DNA from: Sphyrna mokarran
Lineage: Eukaryota
Assembly (NCBI GenBank): GCA_024679065.1
Contig: JAGIQG010000013.1
Location: 19,096,001-19,160,000, forward strand
Reading direction: 5' to 3'
DNA: 64,000 nucleotides
Position numbers and translations under genes: made by a program. Under the pieces are notes generated by a model. The model was given only the letters and a program-made list of their open reading frames with translations. It had not been told where the DNA came from and made no database searches. Of this stretch, positions 14,102-26,200 are shown piece after piece; the first letter of the stretch is position 1; each line of letters opens with the position of its first letter.

Positions 14102-14809
14102 TATCACTCATCCTGATAAGAGAGAACAAATCTTCAAGTATAGTAAGTACATTCAACAAAATTAACTTTAAACATGCTTTCCCACTCACAGTTAAGAAAA
14201 CAGCTGTGAGTATGGAATATTTATTTGTTTAAAGTGTATTGGTGTCACAAGTATGCTTACACTAATACCACAATGAAGTTATTGTGGGGGAAAAAACCCT
14301 GCGCCACACTGGCGCCTGAACCTATATTTTTATCTCACTTGCTACTATGTTCTAATCTTGATTTAACCATCTAGTTTCAGGAAGCCCATGGATAAATTAA
14401 AGTGTAAATATCAATAATTTAGCAATTAATGTTTACTTGACAAGCTGCCTCTCCTGAGGGAGTTGAGTGCACACAGCCTAATGTTTGAATGAAAAGTGAA
14501 GAAACTGGATTCCTGACTTGCTGTTGTTTACCTAGTTTTAACATTATCAGCACCAGTTCTCTTTGCATCTTACGTTGCTATTTTACTACTTTACCATTTC
14601 TACAGGGACTATAGCAGTTCAAGAAGACAAGTCACCACCATTTTTTTCAAGGATAATTAGGGCTGGGTGGTGGGGCGGGATTGGGGGGTGGAGGGGGGGG
14701 GGAGTGCTGGCCCACGTCCTATAAATGAATTTTAAAAAGCTTGTCATTGGAGGCTTTTGTCTATGAAGGTGGACACACACAATAATTTCATGGTACTATT
14801 CCTAGAGTG

Positions 14810-15600
14810 ATACAGCACAGGAACAGGTCCTTTGGCCCACCAAGTCTATACTGACTATTAAATGCCAATCTGTGTTAATCCCATTTACCAGCATTTGGGC
14901 CATATGGCCTTGACGATTTAAGTACTATCCAGATACTCTTTAAATGTTGCAAGAGTAACTGCCTCCACCAACCCCTCACATGGCACATTCTGTATTTCCA
15001 CTATCCACTGAATGAAAGTTCTCTCAACTACTTGCGCCTCACCTTAAACCAATGCCCTCTGTCCTTGGATACCTCTGGCATCGGGAAAACTTATTGCAAT
15101 CTACTTTATCTATGCCTCTCAATTATGTATACCTTTATCAGATCTCCTCTTAACTTCCCTGCTCCAGGGAAAAGAAACCCAGCTTATCCAGTCTCCTCAT
15201 AATTGAAATTTTCCATCCCAGGTAACATCCTAGTGAATTTCCCATGTCCTCTCCAATGTAATCATGTCCTTCTGATAGTGTGGTGACCAGAAATGTATAC
15301 AATATTCCATTTGTTGCTTAACCAATAAGATTGTACCAAGAAATCCAAGCTCCTATGTTTTGTGCCTGGCTAATGAAGGCAAACATTCTGTATGCTTCTT
15401 TCACACTTTCTACTTGTGCTGCCATCTTCAAGATTTATGGACCTGTATACCAAGATCCATTTGTTCCTCAATACTTCCATTCATTGTGTACATACTACCC
15501 TTATAAGACTTCCCAAAATGCATCACCTCACACTTATCAGGATTAAATACCACTACCATTGTTCTGCCAAACTTTCCACCTGATCAATATCAATCTATAG
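14810..15600 (-). mobile_element. Old CR1 3' fragment; similar decayed pieces at about 880-1170, 1425-1935, 9740-10075, 13440-13625, 18305-18580, 41430-41740, 43250-43650, 43955-44500, 47680-48790
   Basis: recognisable CR1 RT C-terminal and 3' UTR sequence with many stops. Confidence 0.7.
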
Positions 15601-17660
15601 CATAAGGACCTTCTATTGACAACTCTTACAGACTTGAAACATTTTCATCTTAGGTATAATTTTTCATCAAGTCTGTTACTTGAAAAAGTTTGGTTTATCA
15701 ATTATGTATGATACTTTAATCAAGTGGTTTGATTCCCCTTCTGCAAAATGCACAAATTTGAACCCAATAAATTTGATCAATCAGTGACTTTGAGTTAAAA
15801 TTGCCAGAAAGTGGGAATATTGCTGAACGAATAATTTTAATACTCTAAACTCAACACACAGTAATGTTTTTGACAATCTTCTGCTCTAGTGGAGAAAGTT
15901 AAATATGCACAAATAATGCACAACAAATCATCATGTACATTTTCTGCAGTTTATAGAAGAAGCCACGTCTATTTGTGCTGAGACTAACAAGGAATTCAAT
16001 GAATAATCCATCATTGACAAAATAAACAGTTCAGCATTCAGAATTTCTTGGTAAAATTTACATGCTGGGTTGCAACAATTGAGCTAAGTAGTTTCATAAT
16101 GATGACAGCACTTCAAACATCATAGCTGTCTTTTATGTTCAACAGCAGAGGTTGGGTAATTGGTAGGTTTGTGAGCATATCTTGAAGCTTTTTTTGTATA
16201 AATATGGTAGGGATTATAAGCTGACTGATAGCAACGTGATGGGTCAGTCTAAATTCAGTAACTTTGCTTTCAAAATCCAGGTAAAATTTGCCTTGCCCCT
16301 GGAATTCCTTGATGGGATATACTACTTCTCATGTAAATTATCTTTTAGCACCTTAATCAAGTGACTTATTCATGTGAGAGCATTGATGGTCAGTGTTGAT
16401 CAATTATTTTGCTGTAGTTTGACCATCTTGTGTCTAGGTATATAGTTGAGATCACTGGAAAATGATCAGGAATGTAAATGATCATTTTTATGTATGTAAA
16501 CGATTTTTCTCTACCCAGTGGTTTATGAAAAAATCATGACATGAACAAAAAGTATGATGTACAAATAAAAGCAATCCTAATTTATAACCAATTTATAAAC
16601 AATCATTAAAATAAAATAATATAAATAAAAGGATTGACAAATGAATTTTTCAGTATACAATTAATCAAGGTGCATTACAAAATCTATCTCTTTAATTTTA
16701 AAGCGTAAAAATGAAAGATCTATCACACTGCATTTTCTGTTAAAGTCTAGTGATCATATATTGTCAAGTTGAGTTCATTACATAATTATTTATATACTAT
16801 TTATAAATTTTATGATTGGGCTGCTTTATACTTCATTCATTCTTTATCTTATTTGTGGAATCGTACATTTTCTCTGTTCTATTGCACACCTTTGTGTGTT
16901 TTTGACAAGAGTTGGTGGCAATAAGCAGAGAGATTCAAGTGTACCAGTGAAGTTCAATGAGAACATTTTCTGCCTTTCAGCAAAGGAACACTTATTTTGT
17001 TGTTAGTGTGAGAGTAGCTTTGGTAGGCATTCCCTGGAATCCATTTCAGCGCCTAGTTTCTGAATGCCTAAATTTGTTCACATGCCCTTTGATATGTCCA
17101 GCATTCAAACCGGCACTACATATTCAACAGTGAATTTTGCATAGCTATTAAACACTGAATTGGTCAATTCAAAATATGTTGTGATGTTTGCCAAGCTGTA
17201 GCATGTAAAGTCTTCCATTTACTCTCTTAAACATCTTAAGCATTTCATACTTGGCAATTGCATTTGAGGTCACTTCCAATGTAGATTCCTAATATTTCAA
17301 AGCCCATGTTACACAATCTCAGCATCATCTAAAGTGATAAGCCATTCAGGAGAGTTGTGTATGAAGCACACTTCCACAGACCTGCCCTGGATGTAGTTTC
17401 ATGTAATTAGTGGTATGTCACTCCAGTAATCTATCATAATACGAAATTAGCACTTTATAGTGACTTAGGCAGATGACTGGTCATCTGGCCCACAAAATTT
17501 CGTACCTATTGAACGTGTCATAGGACTCCTGTTTTGACCATATCTTTAATGTAAGCTTTCAAGACTTTATGCATGTTATACACACCTTTTGTTTTTAGCA
17601 GGTTAATTGTGCTAATGGCCTGGCATTATGGCTTTAATTGTATTTATACTACAGCTTAGA

Positions 17661-17670
17661 TTTATTTATT
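17661..17670 (-). terminator. Candidate HHLA2 polyadenylation signals (two overlapping AATAAA)
   Basis: plus-strand tttatttatt just after the stop at 17708. Confidence 0.45.
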
Positions 17671-17707
17671 TTAAAAAATCTATCTTTATCACACTGCTAT
17701 AAGTCAG

Positions 17708-17844
17708 TCAATTAGTATTAGCACAACAAACAAGGTATTGGCAACACAGCAGTACTATGATAAACAGAGCAGAGCTCAATGCAGCACCAAATACCGAAGT
17801 ATGTTCCCGTTCTGGTGTTTCCTCTTGCATGCTTGAGGCTGAGA
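17708..17844 (-). CDS. HHLA2: HHLA2 terminal exon: stalk plus hydrophobic C-terminus
   Basis: aaattacag acceptor in the phase 1 required; VSASSMQEETPEREHTSVFGAALSSALFIIVLLCCQYLVCCANTN-stop; AATAAA about 40 nt downstream. Confidence 0.72.
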
Positions 17845-20207
17845 CTGTAATTTGAACAAAGTACACTTTAACAAACCTTATAGAATTCACAGAAAACATA
17901 CTTCTAAGTTGAAAACCACAACACTAAATAGGAAAGTTAAATAAATAGCTGTAAGTCTGGAATAAAAATAGAAAATGCTGGAAATGACTAGAGTTCCTGA
18001 GGACATTTTAAGATTCTGATAATGTGATTCATTTTTAGGATTCATTGTTGGTCTGACGTATTATCAATGGATTTTATTTTTAATCACTTTTTCAATCATT
18101 CCTTGTGAATTTCTGCTAATTGGGCCTGGGACACTATATAGGACAGCAGCTGTTGCTTGTGAAAAAGTACACTTAATATATTTTGACTATGTTGCCTGTG
18201 TCTGTGTTTGAGCAATGTTGTCTTAAGTGTATTTTTGGCAATTAAGAGTCTTTTTATCAGCTTTGAAGAAATTGTTAAAAGAGCAAAGAGAATAAAAAAC
18301 AATGCTGCACAAGGAACAGGGCCTTAGGCCCATCAAATCTGTGCAATATCCTCTGTTTGCCTCCTGATCATGTGTCTATCAAGGTACATCTTGAACACTG
18401 CTAATGTCCCTGCTTTCATCACCTCCACTGGCAATGTGTTCCAGGCACCCAACACTCTGTGTGAAAAACTCCCACCTCCCCTAAACTTACCATCTCTCAC
18501 TATAAACCTGTGCTCTCTTATAGTTGACCCTTCCACCCCGGAATGCCCTCTGACTATCCATGCCTCTCATAACTTTGTTGAGTTTACTTAGGATGACACT
18601 ATCTTTGAACTACGTATTGATAAAATTGATTAACCATATTTGTAGGGTAGAGCATCTGTATTGGAGGGAAGCTTTTCTTTCAGTTTAGGTATCGCAGTAG
18701 GAAGTATTATTGACATTTGTTCTTAATGGGGAGTAATGTTTTTAATGATATAACCTCTGGTACTGTAGGTAATAAAAAATTTGTCTTCAGTCTACATGAG
18801 TCTAGTTACACAATGGCGTGGCAAAAGATGACCTGCAATCTAAGCCAATGGAAGAGGTGAATTTGGACTCTTTTCAAATGTGGAATTCTGGAAAAATGGG
18901 AAGTGGGGGTAAAAGTTGGAAAATTGAAGTCTTTTTTAATGCAGTTTTACCATATCTTTTGTAGTATGATTGAGACAGAGTGCAACATTACTTCAGAGAC
19001 AGAAGAAGAGAAAGACATCTCTGTGCAGGCAATGATCAAGGAATCCCAGGAACTTGTGGATAAGAGGTTTCTATGTTATCATCCTTATGGCACCATCCTT
19101 AGTTATTTCTACATTATTCAAATTGTTTTTCTTAAGCATTATTATATTTGTAGGATTTTAAGATGGAGGTATGAAACCCTTTAATTGAAATCTCTGTTTC
19201 TAACACTCAGACCCTCAATTGTGCTGGATCAAACAAAGTATGAGTAATTAGCATTTCTGAATCAATAGAACTTATTAAGCAAGATTTTGCATTTACTTAA
19301 CTAAAAATTGCAGAGATAACATATCACATATCTCATCAAAGCAGAACAGTAATCAATAAAAGCAAATTAATTTGGATGCTGGAATCTGAAACCAAAAGAG
19401 AAAATGCTGGAAAATCTCAGCAGGTCTGGCAGCATCTGTAAGGAGAGAAATGAACTGACGTTTCGAGGCCAAATAATGCTTTGTCAAGGCTATCGCCTGG
19501 ACTCAAAACATTACTGTAAGAAGAGGAAAGAAGTAATCAGTAAAATTGATAAACGCTAGACCAGATGACCAAAACAGCTGAATAGAAATCATAAGTCATC
19601 CTAAGGTATTGTGCTCTGATTGTACATAAGCAATACCCCTTTTGAGTACTGTAATCAGTTCTGTCGTGCAAGAGGAACTGAAATACTGGAGCTAGTGCTG
19701 CGGAGAGTCATGAAGCTGATTCTAAGATGCCTGACACTCACCTTGCCTGGAATCATTGCCTGGAAAGAAGTTGGCTAAGGGGTGATTTTATTGAGGCACA
19801 GAACACTAAATGGTATAAAAGGTAAGTCTGGAAATTTATTTCAAACTAAGTTATGAGAGTAAAACTATGGTGACAACTAATTCAAGAGGAAAAGGCAAAT
19901 CTAGGACTGATAGTAGAATCTTCTTCATACATAAGCAATCATCATGTGGAATATAAGAGGCAAGGCAAAAATACAATGATTATTTAGGTTACACGATGGC
20001 ATAGTGGTTAGCACTGCTGCCTCGCATTGCCAGGGGCATAGGTTCAATTCCTCCCTTGGGTCATTGTCTCTGTGGAATTTGCACTTTCTCCCTGTGCCTG
20101 CATGGGTTTCCTCCAGGTACTCCAGTCTCCTCCCACAGTCCAAAAATGTGCATACTAAATTGACCCTAGTGTCAGGAAGATTAGCAGGGTAAATGTGTGG
20201 GGGTTAT

Positions 20208-20684
20208 TGGAGGCATTGGAGAGGGTACAGAGGAGGTTTACCAGGATGTTGCCTGGTATGGAGGGCAGGTCCTATGAAGAGAGGTTGAAGGATTTGAGGT
20301 TGTTTCCGTTAGAAAGGAGGCGGCTAAGAGGGGATCTTATTGAAGCATATAAGATGATTAGAGGTTTAGATAGGGTGGACAGTGATAGCCTTTTTCCTAG
20401 GATGGAGAAAGCTAGCACGAGGGGGCACAACTTTAAATTAAGGGGTATGAGTTATAGGACGGATATCAGAGGTAGGTTCTTTACTCAAAGAGTGATTAGG
20501 GAGTGGAATGCCCTGCCTGCAGCTGTGTAGATGCGCCAAGTTTGGTGGCGTTTAAGAGGTTAATTGATAAGTATATGGAAGAGAAGGGAATGGTTTAGTT
20601 AGGAGGGGCATTGCTTTTTATTTTGGTCGGCACAACATCGAAGGCCGAAGGGCCTGTTCTGTGCTGTATTGTTCTATGTTCTAT
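20208..20684 (+). mobile_element. CR1 3' fragment nested in a V-SINE
   Basis: LERVQRRFTRMLPGM..FFTQRV; same 3' UTR as the long copies; gttat at both flanks. Confidence 0.9.
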
Positions 20685-20982
20685 GTTATGGGAATAGAGC
20701 CTGCGTAGGATTGTAATCAGTACAGACTTGATGGGCTGGATGACGTCCTTTGATGCTGTGGAGATTCTATGATTCTATACAATATATAGTGCAAAAAATC
20801 AACAATGTGGTCTTTCTAAGCAGCATCTTCATGGGGTTCACAACAAGAGAAAATAAAGCACTTTATTAAAATATAAGGCAGGAATTTCACTCGACAAAAT
20901 ATGCTCTCATTGGGATGGCTGGTCTTGTGTATGCATCTCATGGTCTGTTGAGCACGTTATTTAATTTCTACCTCAGTGATAT

Positions 20983-22220
20983 TTAATTTGATTTATTATT
21001 GTCATAAGTATTAGAATACAGTGAAATGTATTGTTTCTTGTGAACATAGAACGTTACAGCGCAGTACAGGCCCTTCGGCCCTCGATGTTGCACCGACCAG
21101 TGGACCCTCTAACCTAAACTATTCCAATATCATCCATATGCCTATCCACCGACCATTTGAATGCCCCCAAAGTAGGCGAGTCCACAACTGCTGCAGGCAG
21201 GGCATTCCACGCCCTCACCACCCTCTGTGTAAAGAACCTGCCTCTGACATCCGTCCTATAACTACCACCTCTTAATTTAAAGTTATGTCCCCTCGTGTTG
21301 GTCATCACCATCCGAGGAAAAAGGCTCTCACTATCCACCCTATCCAGTCCTTTGATCATCTTATACGCCTCAATTAGGTCACCGCGTAACCTTCTTCTCT
21401 CTAATGAAAATAACCTCAGGTCCATCAGCCTTTCCTCATAAGGCCTTCCCACCATACCAGGCAACATCCTGGTAAACCTCCTCTGCACCCTTTCCAATGC
21501 TTCCACATCTTTCTTATAATGCGGCGACCAGAACTGTATACAATACTCCAAGTGTGGCCGCACCAGAGTTTTGTACAGTTGTAACATAACCTCACGGCTC
21601 CTAAATTCAATCCCTCTACCAATAGACCAGATGACCAAAACAGCTGAATAGAAATCATAAGTAATCCTAAGGTCATCCTGCGCTATACAGACAAAGCAGA
21701 GAAGGAAACGAGAGAGTGCAGAATGTAGCATTACTGTTATAGCTAAGGTGAAAACAAAAGGTCAATTTAATGCAAGATCGGTCCATTCAAGATCGGCAGC
21801 AGGGAAGAAGCTGTTCTTGAGTTAGCTGGTACATGACCTTAGACTTTTGTATCTTTTTCCTGATGGAAGAAGTTGGAAGAGAGAATGTCTGGGGTGTTTG
21901 GAGTCCTTAGTTATGCTGGCTGCTTTGCTGAGGCAATGGGAAGTGTAAACAGAGTCAATGGATGGGAGGCTGGTTTGCATGATAGATTGATCTACATTCA
22001 CGACCTTTTCTAGTTTCTTGCGGTCTTGGGCAGAGCAGCAGCCATAACCAGAAAGAAAGCTCTCTATGGTGCTTCTGTAAAAATTGGTGAGAGTCGTAGC
22101 TAGCATGCCAAATTTACTTAGTTTTCTGAAAAAGTAGAGGCACTGGTGGCTTTTTTAACATGGGGGGACCAGGACAGATTGTTGGTGATCTGGATGCCTA
22201 AAAATTTGAAGTTCTCGACC
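20983..22220 (-). mobile_element. Rex1/Babar-type LINE 3' fragment, split by a CR1 insertion
   Basis: LTNFYRSTIES..DRKKL..LPSIDSVYTS..HSLFQLLPSGKRYKSL; tail with aataaatcaaat. Confidence 0.8.
21043..21622 (-). mobile_element. CR1 3' fragment (related subfamily) nested in a Rex1/Babar element
   Basis: LYKTLVRPHLEYCIQFWSPH..VRAWNALP; different 3' UTR. Confidence 0.9.
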
Positions 22221-23268
22221 CTTTTGAAATGTAATGCTTCCTTGATTTTGTACACTCTTGGTAAATGTTATACGTGAGCCAGAAAATTAAGATTAAAAGG
22301 GGATAGATTGAATTTGCAACATGCAATTCTTGAACATGAATTTGCCAATATTAATAAATTCATGAACATCTACTTTAACAAAATTACTAACAATTTTTAC
22401 TAGGTTGAGATATATTTGATGTTGTAGTCTTCTGTCTTAATATCTTGTATAAATTTATTAATTAGTCACAGGTAGTCTTACATTAATATTGCAATAAAGC
22501 TACTGTGAAAATCCCCTAGTTGCCAGACTCTGGCACCTGTTTGGTTACATTGAGGCAAATTTAGCATGACCAAAGCACTTAACCAGCATGTCTTTCGGAG
22601 TATGGGAGGAAACTAGAGCACCCGGAGGAAACCACACAGACATGGGGAAAACGGGCAAACTCTACATACACAATGACCCAAGCCAAGAATCGAATCCAGG
22701 TCCTTGGTGTCGTGAGACAGCAGTGCTAATCACTGCACCACTGTACCACCCATTCTAGCTCAATTGTTGTTCAGAATCAAACTTTTTGTTCTATGTAACA
22801 ACCCTGTGAATCATCTTGAGAAGTTTTATTATATTTAAAATACTTCCCAAAAAAAGGCATATGTTCATTTAAGCCATTTGTAACTTCTATTGTAACATGC
22901 AATTTTACCCCTACATAGTTATTAGTTTAAATGTATGACCTATCTATAGAGCACAGAACCATTAATAAATACCAGCAATCCCAAACACAGACAATCCTGT
23001 CATGATGCAACCTTTAAGACTAAATAAAATCAGTTTTCAATGAAATAAATTATTCTGTGCGCAAACATACAAAGCTAAATGGGATTAAAACAGCATCATA
23101 CCAAATTAAATTGGAGACAAACCCTGTAAATTCCAATCAAATCACAGACATTCTGAATGCCTAGAATCAAAGAACACAAATAAAAATGCTCCTGACAGAT
23201 AAGATTTCTAATCTAACATAAACATCATTAACTCCATAGTAACAAATGGTTAGCACAGTGATTAGCAC

Positions 23269-26200
23269 ATAGTTAAGGCGACAGATAGGAGAGTAAATAG
23301 TAATAAAAGGGACTCAGGGCTGGTGTGTTGCCTCCCAGGGGCTGGGGTCCAGGATGTCGCAGAGCGCGTTTTTAAGATTCTTAAGGGAGATGGGAGTCAG
23401 CCCCAAGTCATAGTTCATGTAGGGACACATGATATAGGTAGGACAAGGGAAGGGGATATTAAACAGAAATTTATGGAGTTGGGGTGGAAGCTTAGGGCCA
23501 AAACAGGCAGAGTGGTTATCTCTGGACTCTTGCCTGTGCCACGGGATAGTTTAGAGAAGAACAGAGAGAGGGAATGTTTGAACTCGTGGCTGTGGGGATG
23601 GTGCAGGAGGGAGGGGTTCAGGTTCCTGAACAATTGGGACTCATTCTGGGATAGGTGGGACCTCTACAAGAGAGATGGTCTACACCTGAACCAGAGGGGA
23701 ACTAACATCTTGGGGGGAAAATTTGCAAAGGCTATGCAGGGGGCTTTAAACTGATTCAGAGGGGGGGTGGGATCCTGAGTAGTTGGGGTGCTAAGAGGGA
23801 TGAGAATAGGGGGGTCGTAGAGGAGAACTGCAAAACACAGCAGCTTACGGGTGGAGTAGGGCATGGTTTGAAATGCCTATACTTTAATGCAAGAAGTATT
23901 CGCAATAAGGTGGAGGAACTTGCAGCTTGGACCAGTACCTGGAACTTCGATGTTGTGGCCATTACAGAGACTTGGGTAGAGCAGGGACAGGAATGGATGT
24001 TGCAGGTTCCGGGGTACAAATGCTTTAGTCGGAGTAGAGAAGGAGGTAGAAGGGGGGGAGGAGTGGCATTATTAGTCAAAGACTGTATCACAGTGACAGA
24101 AAAGAAGTTTGATGAGGACTTGTCTGTTGAGGTAGTATGGGCTGAGATTAGAAACAGGAGAGGAGAGGTCACCCTGTTGGGAGTCTTTTATAGACCTCCT
24201 AAAAGTTCGAGAGGTAGAGGAAAGGATTGCAAAGTCGATCCTGGACAGGAGTGAAAGTAATAGGGTAATTGTTATGGGGGACTTTAACTTTACTAATATT
24301 GATTGGAATAGCTATAGCTCTAGCTCGTTAGAGGGGTCAGTTTTTGTACAAAGTGTGCAGGAAGGTTTTTTGACTCAGTATGTAGATAGGCCAACTAGAG
24401 GTGAGGCTACATTGGATTTGGTGCTGGGCAATGAGCCAGACCAGGTGTTAGGCTTGGAAGTTAGTGAACATTTTGGTGATAGTGACCACAATTCGGTTAC
24501 GTTCACCTTAGTGATGGATAGGGATAGGCATGAAGCTGGGGGCAGTAGTTATAGCTGGGGGAAGGGTAATTATGAGGCCATAAGGAGAGAATTAGGGTGC
24601 ATAGGTTGGACTAGGAAACTACAGGGACTGGGAACATCTGAAATGTGGAGCTTATTCAAGGAGCAGCTGCTGCGAGTCTTTGATAAGTATGTCCCTGTCA
24701 GGCAAGGAGGAAATGGTCGAGGAAGGGAACCTTAGAACATAGAACAGGCCCTTTGGCCTTCGATGTTGCGCTGACCAATATAAAAAGCAATGCCCCTCCA
24801 AATGAAACCATTCCCTTCTCTTCCATATACTTATCAACTAACCTCTTAAACGCCACCAAACTTGGCTCATCTACAACTGCTGCAGGCAGGGCATTCCACT
24901 CCCGAACCACACTTTGGGTAAAGAACCACCCTTTGGGTAAAGAGTGTACGAAAATTTACACCCTTGGTGTACGAAAATTTACTGGTTAAAAGGAAAAAGG
25001 AGGCTTATGTCAGGATGAGGCTTGAAGGCTCGGTTAGTGCAATAGATAGCTATAGACTAGCCAGGAGGGAGCTAAAGAGTGAGTTGAGGAGAGCTAAGAG
25101 AGGACACGAGAAGACTTTGGCTGATAGGATTAAGGAGAATCTTAAAGCTTTCTCTAGATTGTTTAGGGCAAGATTAGGGCCAGTCAGAGACAGCAGTGGG
25201 AAGTTGTGCGTGGAGCCTGAAGAGATTGGAGAGGCACTGAACAAATATTTCTCTTCGGTATTCACGCAGGGAGATGTAAATGTAGTTGTGGAGAACACTG
25301 AGGTACAGGGTTGCAAACTGGAAAATATTGAAGTAGATAGGGAGGATGTGCTAGATATTCTTGAGGGTTTGAAGTTAGATAAGTCCCCTGGGCCGGACGG
25401 GATTTACCCTAGGATTCTCTGGGAGGCAAGAGAGGAGATTGCAGAGCCTCTGGCTCTGATCTTCAGGTCGTCGTTGGTTACGGGTGTGGTTCCGGAGAAC
25501 TGGAGGATAGCGAATGTGGTCCCATTGTTCAAGAAGGGGAAGAGAGACCTTCCAGGGAATTATAGGCCAGTGAGTCTTACTTCTGTTGCGGGCAAAGTAT
25601 TGGAGAGAATATTAGGGATAGGATTTATAGTTATTTAGAGAGAAATGAATTGATTGGGGATAGTCAGCATGGTTTTGTGAAGGGTATGTCGTGCCTTACT
25701 AACCTTATTGAGTTTTTTGAAAAAGTGACCAAAGAGGTGGATGGGGGTAAGGCGGTTGATGTGGTATATATGGACTTTAGTAAGGCGCTCGATAAGGTGT
25801 CCCATGGAAGGCTTCTGCAGAAAATGCAGATGTATGGGATAGAGGGTGATTTAGCTAATTGGGTTAGGAATTGGCCAGCAGATAGAAGACAGAGGGTGGT
25901 GGTTGATGGGAGATATTCATCGTGGAGTTCGGTGACAAGTGGTGTATCTCAGGGGTCTGTTTTGGAGCCCCTGCTGTTTGTAATTTTTATAAATGATCTG
26001 GATGAGGGTATTGAAGGATGGATTAGTAAATTTGCAGATGACACTAAAGTCGGTGGAGTGGTAGATAGTGAAGAGGGGGGTTCTAGTTTGCAGAGAGACT
26101 TGGACAAGTTGCAGAGCTGGGCCGAGAGGTGGCAAATGGAGTTTAATGTGGAAAAGTGTGAGGTAATGCACTTTGGCAGGAATAATAAATGTGTAGAGTA

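Noticed and set aside
18903-19184. Charged ORF (ETEEEKDISVQAMIKESQELVDKR) as a possible MYH15 relic
   Set aside because: No recognisable myosin motif or convincing splice sites, and it lies inside the HHLA2 intron rather than between the genes
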